Shown: positions 9,801 through 18,017 of the stretch, in pieces
Position numbering within the stretch: position 1 is the first letter of the stretch
Layout of the letters: every line of letters begins with the position of its first letter
Origin: a virus
Strand: one strand, 5' to 3'
Virus record (IMG/VR): IMGVR_UViG_3300008451_000421
Coordinates: 4,562 to 68,561 of that record
Length of the DNA: 64,000 bases
Notes under the pieces: model-generated
The model's input: only the letters and a program-made list of their open reading frames with translations
Told to the model about the DNA's origin: nothing
Databases searched by the model: none
Translations under genes and position numbers: made by a program

Positions 9801-10057
9801 GCCGCGCCATGAACCTCATCGTCGCTCCGATCCCCTCGGCCGCCGAGCGCAGCGCTGCCATGGCGCAGCAGGCCAAAGACCTCGCCCGGGAAGCCCTGGT
9901 TGAGACCATGGGTCGGATCGAGGAACTTCAGGCTGAGACCCGGGCACTGGCCGCGCTTGAGCCGCTGCCGGCCGGCGTGCGTGAGCAGCTTCGGCAGATC
10001 GCCGACAACCTGACCGACCGCAAGCAGACCATCGCAGCGCTCTGGGGGCGTCGATGA
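9797..10057 (+). CDS. Hypothetical protein
   Basis: ATGA-coupled gene chain. Confidence 0.6.
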   Translation: MSRAMNLIVAPIPSAAERSAAMAQQAKDLAREALVETMGRIEELQAETRALAALEPLPAGVREQLRQIADNLTDRKQTIAALWGRR

Positions 10058-10299
10058 GCGAGTCAGACGACTACAAAACCTGGATGAACATCCTCAAGGA
10101 CATTGACTCCATGGCCGAAAGCCGTGTCGTCGAGCCCAAGCTCGAGCCCGAGCGCTCGCGGGAACGTCTGCGCGACGACTTCGCTATGGCGGCGTTGCCT
10201 GCTTGTCTTTCCGGGTCGCACCTCGGCATCTCGGATTCGGTGAGACGGGCATATCGAATTGCTGACGACATGCTGCTCGCTCGTGAGGGGAAGCTATGA
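10054..10299 (+). CDS. Hypothetical phage protein (LRDxFAxxAL family)
   Basis: LRDDFAMAAL...AYRIADDMLLARE motif common in small phage proteins. Confidence 0.65.
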   Translation: MSESDDYKTWMNILKDIDSMAESRVVEPKLEPERSRERLRDDFAMAALPACLSGSHLGISDSVRRAYRIADDMLLAREGKL

Positions 10300-10523
10300 G
10301 CCTGGAAAACACCCTGACCGTCGTCTGGTTTAGCGTGGCGATGTTGCTGTGGATCGCTGGGGCGATCTACGAGAGCCGCAGCGACAAACGCGCCTTTGAC
10401 GGCCAACTTGAAATTGCGTGCTGGTGCTGGCCACTGGTGCTGCTGATGCTGCTCATCTTTGTGCCGCTTTACCTGCAGAAGGTCGCCGCCAAGTGGCTCG
10501 GCAAGAAGGCGGGTGGGCGATGA
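10296..10523 (+). CDS. Small membrane protein
   Basis: Two hydrophobic segments; ATGA coupling. Confidence 0.6.
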   Translation: MSLENTLTVVWFSVAMLLWIAGAIYESRSDKRAFDGQLEIACWCWPLVLLMLLIFVPLYLQKVAAKWLGKKAGGR

Positions 10524-10684
10524 AACTACCCACGAAGATCCTCCTGACGAGCCTGCTCTGGATGTGGGTCGCCGTCGTCATCGGTGCCGTGTTCAACATG
10601 CCGACCTGGTGGATGGTCCCTACGTTCCTGCCGGCTACCTTGGCAGCGATACTATGGATCTGGACTTGGGAGTGGGACGAATGA
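10520..10684 (+). CDS. Small membrane protein
   Basis: MKLPTKILL..., two hydrophobic segments. Confidence 0.55.
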   Translation: MKLPTKILLTSLLWMWVAVVIGAVFNMPTWWMVPTFLPATLAAILWIWTWEWDE

Positions 10685-10884
10685 GCCGTCACCTCCACAG
10701 AGCCCGCGAGCACGAGCACGACATGCTCTCGAACCTACGGATGCGGGACGACGTGTTGCGACCGAGAACCCCGAGTTCGGCAGCTTGGACCTCGGCTGAC
10801 CGGTTCCTGGCTGCCGCCGCGTATCACGCCGCAATCGCCACCGCGCTGCGGAACATGCACGTCGAAGACGGAGTCGAGCCGTGA
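10681..10884 (+). CDS. Hypothetical protein
   Basis: ATGA coupling. Confidence 0.5.
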   Translation: MSRHLHRAREHEHDMLSNLRMRDDVLRPRTPSSAAWTSADRFLAAAAYHAAIATALRNMHVEDGVEP

Positions 10885-10978
10885 AAACCCTCGCCATCCT
10901 GACGCTCCTCGTCGTCCCTGGGGCCGTGCTGCTCGGCCTCTACAGTCTCTGGGCCTACTTCACAGGGAAGGATCTGTC

Positions 10979-11218
10979 GTGAAGGACATGGACTGGGACG
11001 CCAAACGCGAGAGCTTCGAAAGTCACCGCCAACGCAGCGGCGCACTGCGCGACCCGCCTGTGTTCGACCGTGGCCATGGTTACGAGGGGAAGTCCCGCGG
11101 CCTGCACGTCGTCGAGTTCAAGCGCACCGAGGCCGACCGCCGGCCGGCAGCCAAGTCCGTGACTCGCAAGCTCATGGGCGACCCGGCACCTGGCCGCACG
11201 CCTTGGGCGCAGGAATAA
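10979..11218 (+). CDS. Hypothetical protein
   Basis: GGAAGG RBS; C-terminal LMGDPAPGR motif. Confidence 0.55.
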   Translation: MKDMDWDAKRESFESHRQRSGALRDPPVFDRGHGYEGKSRGLHVVEFKRTEADRRPAAKSVTRKLMGDPAPGRTPWAQE

Positions 11219-11270
11219 TTTCAACACAGCGTTGACACGGCAACAGGATTGCCGGAAGGTCGCGCTCAAC
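11217..11270 (+). promoter_or_regulatory. Operator/promoter box
   Basis: AATTTCAACACAGCGTTGACA-N20-GGTC-N4-TCAAC. Confidence 0.8.
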
Positions 11271-11295
11271 CACAAACCCCTTGGACCTGAGACCC

Positions 11296-11877
11296 ATGAG
11301 CAAACTGAATATCCAGCATATCCGCAACCGGATCGTTAACATCCACGCCCGCAACGTTGCCGCCGGCTGGTGGACCGATCCCGAGACCCGCGAGAGCCTG
11401 AAGGGTAAGCGGCCGGCGCTGCAACTGCTGGCACTGGTCCACAGCGAGGTCAGCGAGGGCCTCGAGGGTCTGCGCAAGAACCTGATGGACGACAAGATTC
11501 CGACGCGGCCCATGATCGAGGTCGAACTGGCCGACGCGGAAATCCGCACCTACGACTTCATGGGCGGCTTCGACCTGGAGCCTGTGATGGACACCGGCTA
11601 CTGCGGCAGGGAGTTCCACCAGCTCAATCTTGTGTCTTCACCGGCCGAGGCCCTGGGGCTGCTGCACATCGTGATTGGCAACGCCTCGATCGAGATGATC
11701 GAAGGCAATCCCGAAGCCGGCAATGCCGCGACGATGATCATCGTGTTCATCCACGCCATCGGCGACAAGTTCGGCTACGACATCGACGGGGCCCGCGAGG
11801 AGAAACTGGCCTACAACCTGACCCGCGAGGACCACAAGATCGAGAACCGGGTAAAGGCCGGCGGGAAGGTGATCTGA
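11296..11877 (+). CDS. MazG-like nucleotide pyrophosphohydrolase
   Basis: LALVHSEVSEGLEGLRK...EVELADAEIR...EEKLAYNLTR. Confidence 0.75.
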   Translation: MSKLNIQHIRNRIVNIHARNVAAGWWTDPETRESLKGKRPALQLLALVHSEVSEGLEGLRKNLMDDKIPTRPMIEVELADAEIRTYDFMGGFDLEPVMDTGYCGREFHQLNLVSSPAEALGLLHIVIGNASIEMIEGNPEAGNAATMIIVFIHAIGDKFGYDIDGAREEKLAYNLTREDHKIENRVKAGGKVI

Positions 11878-12146
11878 TGACCGAGAAGCTCACCATCACA
11901 ATCACCGGGCCGCAAGGCTCGGGCAAGACCCGCTGGGCGGAAGCCATTCGGGCCATGAGCGCCTCTAACGGCGACCTACCTAACCCGGTCATCGTTGACC
12001 CAGAGTCCGCTGCCACTGGTCGTCAATTCGAGCCTCGTCGGGACCACGACCTCGTTGAGCGCATGATGATCTTGGTCGGCGGGTCGGCCGCCGCCAAATT
12101 GCGCTGGCACGCCCGGCAACTGGCTAGTCGGCGAGGTCGCACATGA
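11877..12146 (+). CDS. Small P-loop-containing protein
   Basis: ITITGPQGSGKT Walker A in an 89-aa ORF. Confidence 0.55.
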   Translation: MTEKLTITITGPQGSGKTRWAEAIRAMSASNGDLPNPVIVDPESAATGRQFEPRRDHDLVERMMILVGGSAAAKLRWHARQLASRRGRT

Positions 12147-12403
12147 CCAACCCCCTCACCAGCAACGAAGCCTTTTGCAAGGTTTTTGAGGAGGAGCTTG
12201 AGGCCGTTCGAGTTCTCCTCGAAGCCCCCGAGCGCCGCGTGTTCGTCCTCGGGGTCGTCATCGACGCCACGGGCAACCGAGACGACGGCTTCCCGGTGGC
12301 CATGAGCCGGGCGGCCAGCGACAACGTCACCCGCAACGTGGCCTGCGCCTACTTGATTTCGCTGCAACGTGAGATCGACCGCGTGGAGGCGCTGCTGCGA
12401 TGA
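12143..12403 (+). CDS. Hypothetical protein
   Basis: ATGA coupling. Confidence 0.55.
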   Translation: MTNPLTSNEAFCKVFEEELEAVRVLLEAPERRVFVLGVVIDATGNRDDGFPVAMSRAASDNVTRNVACAYLISLQREIDRVEALLR

Positions 12404-12591
12404 CCGACACCTACACCCCGGGCCTCGGCTGCGGCTGCCCGCGCTGCCGTGAGCCCCTGCCGACCTTCGAGCCCATGGGTCCCGCTGAGGCCGCGGCCAA
12501 GCAGGCCCAGTACGAGCAGGATCGCCGGGACTTCCAGATCGCCAACGGCCGGACGATGTCGCAGCTCGGGCGTGGAGGGAAGGCGGGATGA
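12400..12591 (+). CDS. Hypothetical protein (CxCxxC)
   Basis: ATGA coupling. Confidence 0.5.
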   Translation: MTDTYTPGLGCGCPRCREPLPTFEPMGPAEAAAKQAQYEQDRRDFQIANGRTMSQLGRGGKAG

Positions 12592-12833
12592 CGCACGCCC
12601 ACGAAAAGAGAACCGCCGTTGTCCGCATCCGTCGCGACCTTGGCCGGGACGTGAGGTCAGAAGCCGAAGAGCTTGAAGGTCAAACGATCGAGGTTCAGGC
12701 CGCGTGGATTATGGAGGGCAGCGACCCCTACCCGGGCGAATGGGCGTGGATGACGCCGCGTGATTGTCCGATCACATGGATGGCCGAAGGCGACCTTGAG
12801 TTCACCTCCGAGACTGAGGGGAAGGCGGGATGA
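12588..12833 (+). CDS. Hypothetical protein
   Basis: Flanked by GGGAAGGCGGGATGA direct repeats. Confidence 0.6.
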   Translation: MTHAHEKRTAVVRIRRDLGRDVRSEAEELEGQTIEVQAAWIMEGSDPYPGEWAWMTPRDCPITWMAEGDLEFTSETEGKAG

Positions 12834-13021
12834 TGTGCCCGGAGTGTCGGGAGAAGACGCGCGTCTACAACACGATCCCGCAGAACCCCACGCCTGGCGA
12901 CAACCATCGCTTCTACCTCTCGATTCCCGAGGGTATCGTTCGCCAGCGGCGCTGCGCCCAGGGCCACACCTTTCGGACAGTCGAGGTGCCCCAGGCTCTC
13001 TATGACGAGATCTCACCATGA
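12830..13021 (+). CDS. Zinc-ribbon protein (NrdR N-terminal-like)
   Basis: MCPEC..TRV...RQRRCAQGHTFRTVE. Confidence 0.6.
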   Translation: MMCPECREKTRVYNTIPQNPTPGDNHRFYLSIPEGIVRQRRCAQGHTFRTVEVPQALYDEISP

Positions 13022-13263
13022 CCCGGGTCACCAGCGTCAACGATGTCCGCGTCCTTGAGACGTCCGAGCCTGAGGGCTTCGGTTGGGGGCGCATGGGTGA
13101 CAACAAGCGCGTCACGTCACGCGCGATCCTGTTCGACTACCATGGCCGCGAGCTGTGGATCGCCAAGAAGAACCTGGTGATCGCGGGCGGCTACTACTGG
13201 GCAAAAACGTGGGCGATCGAGTCCGCGAAAGCATGGGCCGATGGTCAGAAGGACACACAATGA
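13018..13263 (+). CDS. Hypothetical protein
   Basis: ATGA coupling. Confidence 0.55.
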   Translation: MTRVTSVNDVRVLETSEPEGFGWGRMGDNKRVTSRAILFDYHGRELWIAKKNLVIAGGYYWAKTWAIESAKAWADGQKDTQ

Positions 13264-13655
13264 GCGACGCACTCAGCCAGCAACATGGCGGAACGCACTA
13301 CAAGAAGCTCAAGATCCAACCGGTCGAGTTCGCGATACGCAACCGCTGGGACTTCCCGCTCGGCTCGAGCCTCAAGTACCTGACTCGTTGGCGCGACAAG
13401 GCCGGTGTGCTCGACCTTGGGAAGTGTAAGCACTTCATCGAACTGCGCGAGGCTGTGATGCCCGAGCAGCCGTGGCCGAGCGTCCTCCGCTTTGAGATCG
13501 CCATGGAAACCTACATCGACGCCAACGGCATCCCCAGCGGCCCGGAAGCCGCCGCTCACTTGGCACTGGAGTCCTACGCCTTCCGGCCGTCCGACAGCCA
13601 CCGCGACGTCTTGTTCGCCATCATCGACCAAATCATTTCTGCCGAAAGCGCTTGA
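13260..13655 (+). CDS. DUF3310 domain protein
   Basis: QHGGTHYK..IQPVEF..DFPLGSSLKYLTRWRDKAGVLDLGK. Confidence 0.8.
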   Translation: MSDALSQQHGGTHYKKLKIQPVEFAIRNRWDFPLGSSLKYLTRWRDKAGVLDLGKCKHFIELREAVMPEQPWPSVLRFEIAMETYIDANGIPSGPEAAAHLALESYAFRPSDSHRDVLFAIIDQIISAESA

Positions 13656-13693
13656 CCGCGAATCGCCTTTCAACATAGTGTTGAGACATCAAC
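13652..13693 (+). promoter_or_regulatory. Promoter with an operator covering the -10 region
   Basis: TTGACC at 13652; TCAACATAGTGTTGA at 13670-13684; second TCAAC 19 bp later. Confidence 0.75.
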
Positions 13694-13709
13694 AAACGGA
13701 GAGACCTCT

Positions 13710-13994
13710 ATGATCGTGAACGCAGTGGCTGCCATGGGTGCCGCAATGCTCGGCAGCGTCGGTACGCCCCGGGCCCGCACCGGCTACACCGCCCCCCCTA
13801 TCCTGCGCGACAACGTTGCCCACAAGGAGGCTGCCGAGCGCGAGCGTGCCCGCAAGGCCCACAAGCGCACCATCGCGGCTGCCAACAGCCAGGCCAACTA
13901 CCACCCGATCGCCCGGGCCGCTGCCGCCGCCAGCGCCGACACCCTCGTCAAGCCGAAGCGCGTCCGCAAGCCGGCCGCCACGAAGGCCGCGTGA
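13710..13994 (+). CDS. Basic Ala/Arg/Lys-rich protein
   Basis: GGAGA RBS; histone-like composition; ends in KAA. Confidence 0.6.
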   Translation: MIVNAVAAMGAAMLGSVGTPRARTGYTAPPILRDNVAHKEAAERERARKAHKRTIAAANSQANYHPIARAAAAASADTLVKPKRVRKPAATKAA

Positions 13995-14194
13995 CCGTGA
14001 CGCCGTTCAAGAAGTTCCTGCTCAACCAGCAATTCAGCGGCCTGACGCTGTTGCAGCTTGTGCCGCCGACCAAGGAGCCAACGGGAGCCGAGGACGCTGA
14101 CGGGTTTATCGGCAACATCATTGGCTACGACCTCGGTAGTTCGCCAGTGCGCCTTGAGCAGGCCCAAACCAACATGGAGCCAACCAATGGCTGA
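13991..14194 (+). CDS. Hypothetical protein
   Basis: GTGA coupling. Confidence 0.45.
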   Translation: MTVTPFKKFLLNQQFSGLTLLQLVPPTKEPTGAEDADGFIGNIIGYDLGSSPVRLEQAQTNMEPTNG

Positions 14195-14468
14195 CGAAGA
14201 CGACCTCTATGGTCACAACAGCGGCGACGTCCTCAACTCAACTGCCCAAGGTCAACTCAAGTCGATCATTGACCGGGTGGAACGTCTCGAAGTCGAGAAG
14301 GCCGAGGTCGCCGAGCAAGTGAAAGAAGTAATGCAGGAGGCAAAGTCAAATGGCTTTGACACCAAGATCATCCGCAAGGTGATCCGCATCCGCAAACTTG
14401 ATCGCGCCAAGCGGCAAGAAGAAGATGCTCTGATGGACCTGTATCTCCACGCCATCGGTGAAATCTGA
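14187..14468 (+). CDS. gapR: GapR (DUF2312) nucleoid-associated protein homolog
   Basis: DVLNSTAQGQLKSIIDRVERLEVEKAE...AKSNGFDTK...DRAKRQEEDALMDLYLHAIGEI, very close to Caulobacter GapR as recalled. Confidence 0.92.
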   Translation: MADEDDLYGHNSGDVLNSTAQGQLKSIIDRVERLEVEKAEVAEQVKEVMQEAKSNGFDTKIIRKVIRIRKLDRAKRQEEDALMDLYLHAIGEI

Positions 14469-14559
14469 TGTGGCGGCCCAACTACCGGCGTATCGCGGTG
14501 ATGATCGTGAACTTGGGTGCTTGGGTCGCAATCTTCCACCTCGCAAAGGTTCTCATGCG

Positions 14560-14811
14560 ATGACCCTGAAAGAGCGCGCCAGCGCCGCCCTGCTGACCTC
14601 GCTGGGCAAGATGGCAAAAGCTGCGGCTGACCGGCGGCTCGATCGCTCGGCAGCCACCCTGGGCAAGATCGGCCCGATGGTCCCGTCCAACCCCCGCCGG
14701 ATCGCGCTCGAAGACCGGGCCATCCGCGACCTCGACGAGTCGCTGAAGCTGCAGGATGCATCTCGCCAGGCTTTCGCAGCCGCCAGTCTCATTCGAGGTG
14801 GTGGGCTGTGA
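14560..14811 (+). CDS. Hypothetical protein
   Basis: Codon bias; coupled to the next gene. Confidence 0.55.
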   Translation: MTLKERASAALLTSLGKMAKAAADRRLDRSAATLGKIGPMVPSNPRRIALEDRAIRDLDESLKLQDASRQAFAAASLIRGGGL

Positions 14812-15206
14812 GTTGTCCCTGCTGCACCGAGAAGGCCGAGCTGCGCAACCGGATCAGAAACTTGGAGGCCACCGTCCGGTCTCTGAGCCGCAACGATGAC
14901 CTCGACCCCCTGATGGCCATCCGCCAAGGGCTTCAACTGTCCGAGGCTCAGGGCCTCGTGCTGCTGACGCTGTTCTATGCCACGGGCTTCGTGACGTCCC
15001 TCGAACTGGACGCCGTGCTGCCGGTGAACACGAACGTCGCAAACCGCACGGACAACGAGCACCGGACGCTCCAGGTCGTCGCCCAAAACGTCAAACGCAT
15101 CCGCGCCCGGCTGGGTTACGAGGCGATCGAGAGCCGGTTGAAGCTGGGCTATCGCATCACCGACGCCACCCGCGCCCGGATCAACAATCTGCTGAGGAAG
15201 CCATGA
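14808..15206 (+). CDS. Receiver-less OmpR/PhoB (CtrA-like) winged-helix DNA-binding protein
   Basis: LSEAQGLVLLTL...VTSLEL...VVAQNVKRIRARLG..AIESRLKLGYRI follows the Trans_reg_C pattern; N-terminal coiled coil. Confidence 0.7.
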   Translation: MSCPCCTEKAELRNRIRNLEATVRSLSRNDDLDPLMAIRQGLQLSEAQGLVLLTLFYATGFVTSLELDAVLPVNTNVANRTDNEHRTLQVVAQNVKRIRARLGYEAIESRLKLGYRITDATRARINNLLRKP

Positions 15207-15508
15207 GTTCGCCACTCGGCCCTTGGGGCGACGAGGGTCGCACGGAAGAGTTGCTGAGCCTGTGGAAAGCCGGCAAGTCCGGCGGAAAGATCGCGCAGAT
15301 GATGGGGCTGACCCGTAGCAGCGTGATGGGGAAGCTCAATCGCCTCGGCGTCCTGAATGCCGATAGGGCCGTGGTCGACCGCTTCCCGCCGAACACCAAG
15401 GTGCAGGGTAAAAACAAGAGCCCCAAAACCTGGTCAGACCAAGCGCTCACCGAGACGTGGGCCGAAAGAAAGAAACGGAGAGCCAATGAGCAACGACATC
15501 AACGCTGA
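15203..15508 (+). CDS. GcrA-like protein (N-terminal DNA-binding HTH)
   Basis: W.DE.RTEELLSLWKAGKSGGKIAQMMGLTRSSVMGKLNRLG resembles the GcrA N-terminus. Confidence 0.8.
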   Translation: MSSPLGPWGDEGRTEELLSLWKAGKSGGKIAQMMGLTRSSVMGKLNRLGVLNADRAVVDRFPPNTKVQGKNKSPKTWSDQALTETWAERKKRRANEQRHQR

Positions 15509-15968
15509 CGTGCCCGACCTGCTGCGGCAGATCCGGGAAGGCGGTTTCAAGATCAACAACCTCTTCCACAGGGTCGACGGCATGAGCCAGTGCAATCTGC
15601 GCGCTGTGAACGTACCCATGACCTTCGCGTTCGCCTACGGACCCTGCTTCTCGGATGCGCTGCGCAATGCCCTGGAGAAGGCTCGGAAGGGCATCGTCGC
15701 GCCGGTCTCGACGTTCGGTGACGACGCCCGCGATCCCCGGCAGATCGGCGGCACCAAGGAGGTGACGCGCCCCATCCACCCGGGTGAGCTGCTGCCGGGC
15801 CAGGAAGGCACCGTACCGACCGATCCGAACTTCGCTGCGCCCGAGGCACCAGCCAAGACCAAGCGGGGCTCGAAGGTCGCCCCGAAGCCCGTCGAGCCCG
15901 AGGATGACGACGACATGCTCGGTGCTCCCGTAGCGGCCGACGACGATGACGACGATCTGCTCGGATGA
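15486..15968 (+). CDS. Hypothetical protein with acidic DDLLG tail
   Basis: GGAGA RBS; ends EDDDDMLGAPVAADDDDDDLLG. Confidence 0.7.
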   Translation: MSNDINADVPDLLRQIREGGFKINNLFHRVDGMSQCNLRAVNVPMTFAFAYGPCFSDALRNALEKARKGIVAPVSTFGDDARDPRQIGGTKEVTRPIHPGELLPGQEGTVPTDPNFAAPEAPAKTKRGSKVAPKPVEPEDDDDMLGAPVAADDDDDDLLG

Positions 15969-16237
15969 CCACGCCGTTCGAGGACTTCTTTGCCGGCGAG
16001 TTCCAGCGCCGCCTGCAGACCGTCAAGGGTGAGCCCGGGCTGTTCTCGAACGGCGGGCGGCTCGAGGACGCAAGCTGGGACCGCAAGGCGGCCTACCTGC
16101 TGTGGGTGAAGCTGAACCCCATCAGAGGGCCGCTGTCGCCCCGGGCGCTGTCGATTGCGGCGACTCTCGAAGATGAAGACGACGACCTCCTGGGCGGCCC
16201 GGCCGTCGATGACGATGAAGAAGACCTTCTCGGATGA
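15965..16237 (+). CDS. Hypothetical protein with acidic DDLLG tail
   Basis: Ends EDEDDDLLGGPAVDDDEEDLLG. Confidence 0.65.
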   Translation: MTTPFEDFFAGEFQRRLQTVKGEPGLFSNGGRLEDASWDRKAAYLLWVKLNPIRGPLSPRALSIAATLEDEDDDLLGGPAVDDDEEDLLG

Positions 16238-16920
16238 CTCTGATTGATAGCGGCCCGTTCGCCGGCCTGCAAAAGAACGGCTACGGACTGATCGAGGCCG
16301 ACCCGGCGTGGGGGTGGACCAGCTTTGCCGGCAAGGCCAGCGCGCCGCACCGCACCGAGGTTGCGCCCTACGAGGTCATGACGATCGACGAGTTGCGGGC
16401 CCTGCCCGTGGCCGACCTGGCTGCCAAGGACTGCCTGCTGAACATGTGGGTGATCGGCAGCCACCTCGACCAGGCCATCGAACTTGGCAAGCACTGGGGC
16501 TTCACGTTCAAGAGCGACGGGTTTGTCTGGGTGAAGACCGGCAAGCACGACCCGAACGTCCGGCCGATTGGTATGGGGAAGTGGGTTCGCAAGCAGGTCG
16601 AATACAGCTTGCTGTTCTCTCGCGGCAAACCCTCACGCCTGGAGGCTGGCGTCCGCCAACTCATGGAGACCGGGGACAACGTCATCTACGCCCCGAAGCG
16701 CGAGCATAGCCGCAAGCCCGACGAGCGGATCGAACGACTCGAGCGGCTTGCTGCCGGCCCCTACCTCGAGATGTTCGCCCGCCAGCAGCGGCCCGGGTGG
16801 TCGTCGTGGGGCAACCAGGTGAACCACTTCAATCCGCTGACTCAGCAACCACTGCCTGATGAAATTATGGACCTGTTGGGCAACATTTGTGCAGACGAAT
16901 ATGAAGACTTGTTAGGGTGA
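16234..16920 (+). CDS. MT-A70 family adenine methyltransferase
   Basis: YGLIEADPAW, YEVMTIDELRALPV, WGFTFKS, REHSRKPD, YLEMFAR..RPGWSSWGNQ. Confidence 0.9.
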   Translation: MTLIDSGPFAGLQKNGYGLIEADPAWGWTSFAGKASAPHRTEVAPYEVMTIDELRALPVADLAAKDCLLNMWVIGSHLDQAIELGKHWGFTFKSDGFVWVKTGKHDPNVRPIGMGKWVRKQVEYSLLFSRGKPSRLEAGVRQLMETGDNVIYAPKREHSRKPDERIERLERLAAGPYLEMFARQQRPGWSSWGNQVNHFNPLTQQPLPDEIMDLLGNICADEYEDLLG

Positions 16921-16941
16921 TCTTTGATTAACGCTACCCAT

Positions 16942-16975
16942 AGCCTCGTATTGCGAAACCGTAATGCGAGGCTTT
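16942..16975 (+). terminator. Rho-independent terminator
   Basis: AGCCTCGTATTGCG-aaac-CGTAATGCGAGGCT followed by a T-run. Confidence 0.7.
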
Positions 16976-17070
16976 AGCTTGTCAGCAGGCAAAGAGATCC
17001 GATCCAATAACAAAAGATGCCCGTGCCATAACTGATCTCGCTGGGCAGCTTAAACCTGACAAGAGATACT

Positions 17071-17367
17071 ATGTCCCCCACAAATCTCAGGACTATTCTG
17101 CTCGAACTTCCGTTTGTCTCAATACTGGACCACCCGCAAGCCAACGGGATGCACATGGACTTGTGGTCGGTGACGCCCGTAGGGGACTGGGCAGCCAACA
17201 ATGCGCTGGGCAGGATCTACGCCCGGGAGACCCTGGCCGTGATCAAAGCCACGGGCGCAGCCAATCTGCTGTCGGAGGTCGCGAAAGCCCAGATGGCCGG
17301 GCACACCGGCTCTGGACTAGAGACAGGCTTCGCGCAGTTCTTCGGCGAACTGGCCCTGAAGTCGTGA
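17071..17367 (+). CDS. Hypothetical moron-like protein
   Basis: Isolated ORF after the terminator, in an AT-rich context, convergent with the lysis operon. Confidence 0.55.
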   Translation: MSPTNLRTILLELPFVSILDHPQANGMHMDLWSVTPVGDWAANNALGRIYARETLAVIKATGAANLLSEVAKAQMAGHTGSGLETGFAQFFGELALKS

Positions 17368-17727
17368 CTACTTCTTGAACTGAAGGGCTGCGGCGGCGGC
17401 AGCGGCCAGGGCCATCATCCACGGGAAGTTCTTCCCGGCCCATGACCAAAACGTCGCCGCACCCACCACTTTGTCCCGCTGGGACTGCAGGTCGTCGATT
17501 TGCCGCTTGGCGGTCTCGAGGTCGACCTTCAAGGCTTTCAGCCGATCGTCGTATCCGCTCATTTCCAACGCAATCACTCGCTCGCGAACGTCGTCAACCT
17601 TGTCGGTCAGCTTCTCGATCTGCCTGGTCTGGGCGGACAACAGGTCGCTGATCTGCCTCAGTGCGTGGATCTCAGCCATCTGGACGATGTCGGGCTTGTG
17701 GTGCGGCGATGTGCTTTCGTCGGACAT
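17368..17727 (-). CDS. Coiled-coil membrane protein (holin/XhlA-like)
   Basis: Coiled coil plus C-terminal hydrophobic segment; last gene of the lysis cassette. Confidence 0.55.
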   Translation of the reverse strand: MSDESTSPHHKPDIVQMAEIHALRQISDLLSAQTRQIEKLTDKVDDVRERVIALEMSGYDDRLKALKVDLETAKRQIDDLQSQRDKVVGAATFWSWAGKNFPWMMALAAAAAAALQFKK

Positions 17728-17735
17728 GCGGGACT

Positions 17736-18017
17736 CTACTTCGTGCGGCAGTTGGTGATGACGGGCTCGACCTCACCGAGGCGCGCGATCCGCTGCTCCC
17801 GGCCGGCAGCGAGAAGCTGGTAGCGATCTTCGGGTCCGGGCGCGGCCAGCAGGGCCTCTTTGGAGTCCGCGTACTTGGGCGGCGGGCCCAGGGTCTTCGG
17901 CACGCAGTCCATGGCGACCGGCACAAGGACTTCCTTCGTGATGATCACAGGCTCGGGCGGCGTGGTCGTTGCGCAGCCGGCCAGTGCCAGCGCGGCGCAG
18001 ATGATGAGAAGTCTCAC
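17736..18017 (-). CDS. o-spanin lipoprotein
   Basis: Lipobox LALAGC; Pro-rich; overlaps the i-spanin. Confidence 0.8.
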   Translation of the reverse strand: MRLLIICAALALAGCATTTPPEPVIITKEVLVPVAMDCVPKTLGPPPKYADSKEALLAAPGPEDRYQLLAAGREQRIARLGEVEPVITNCRTK

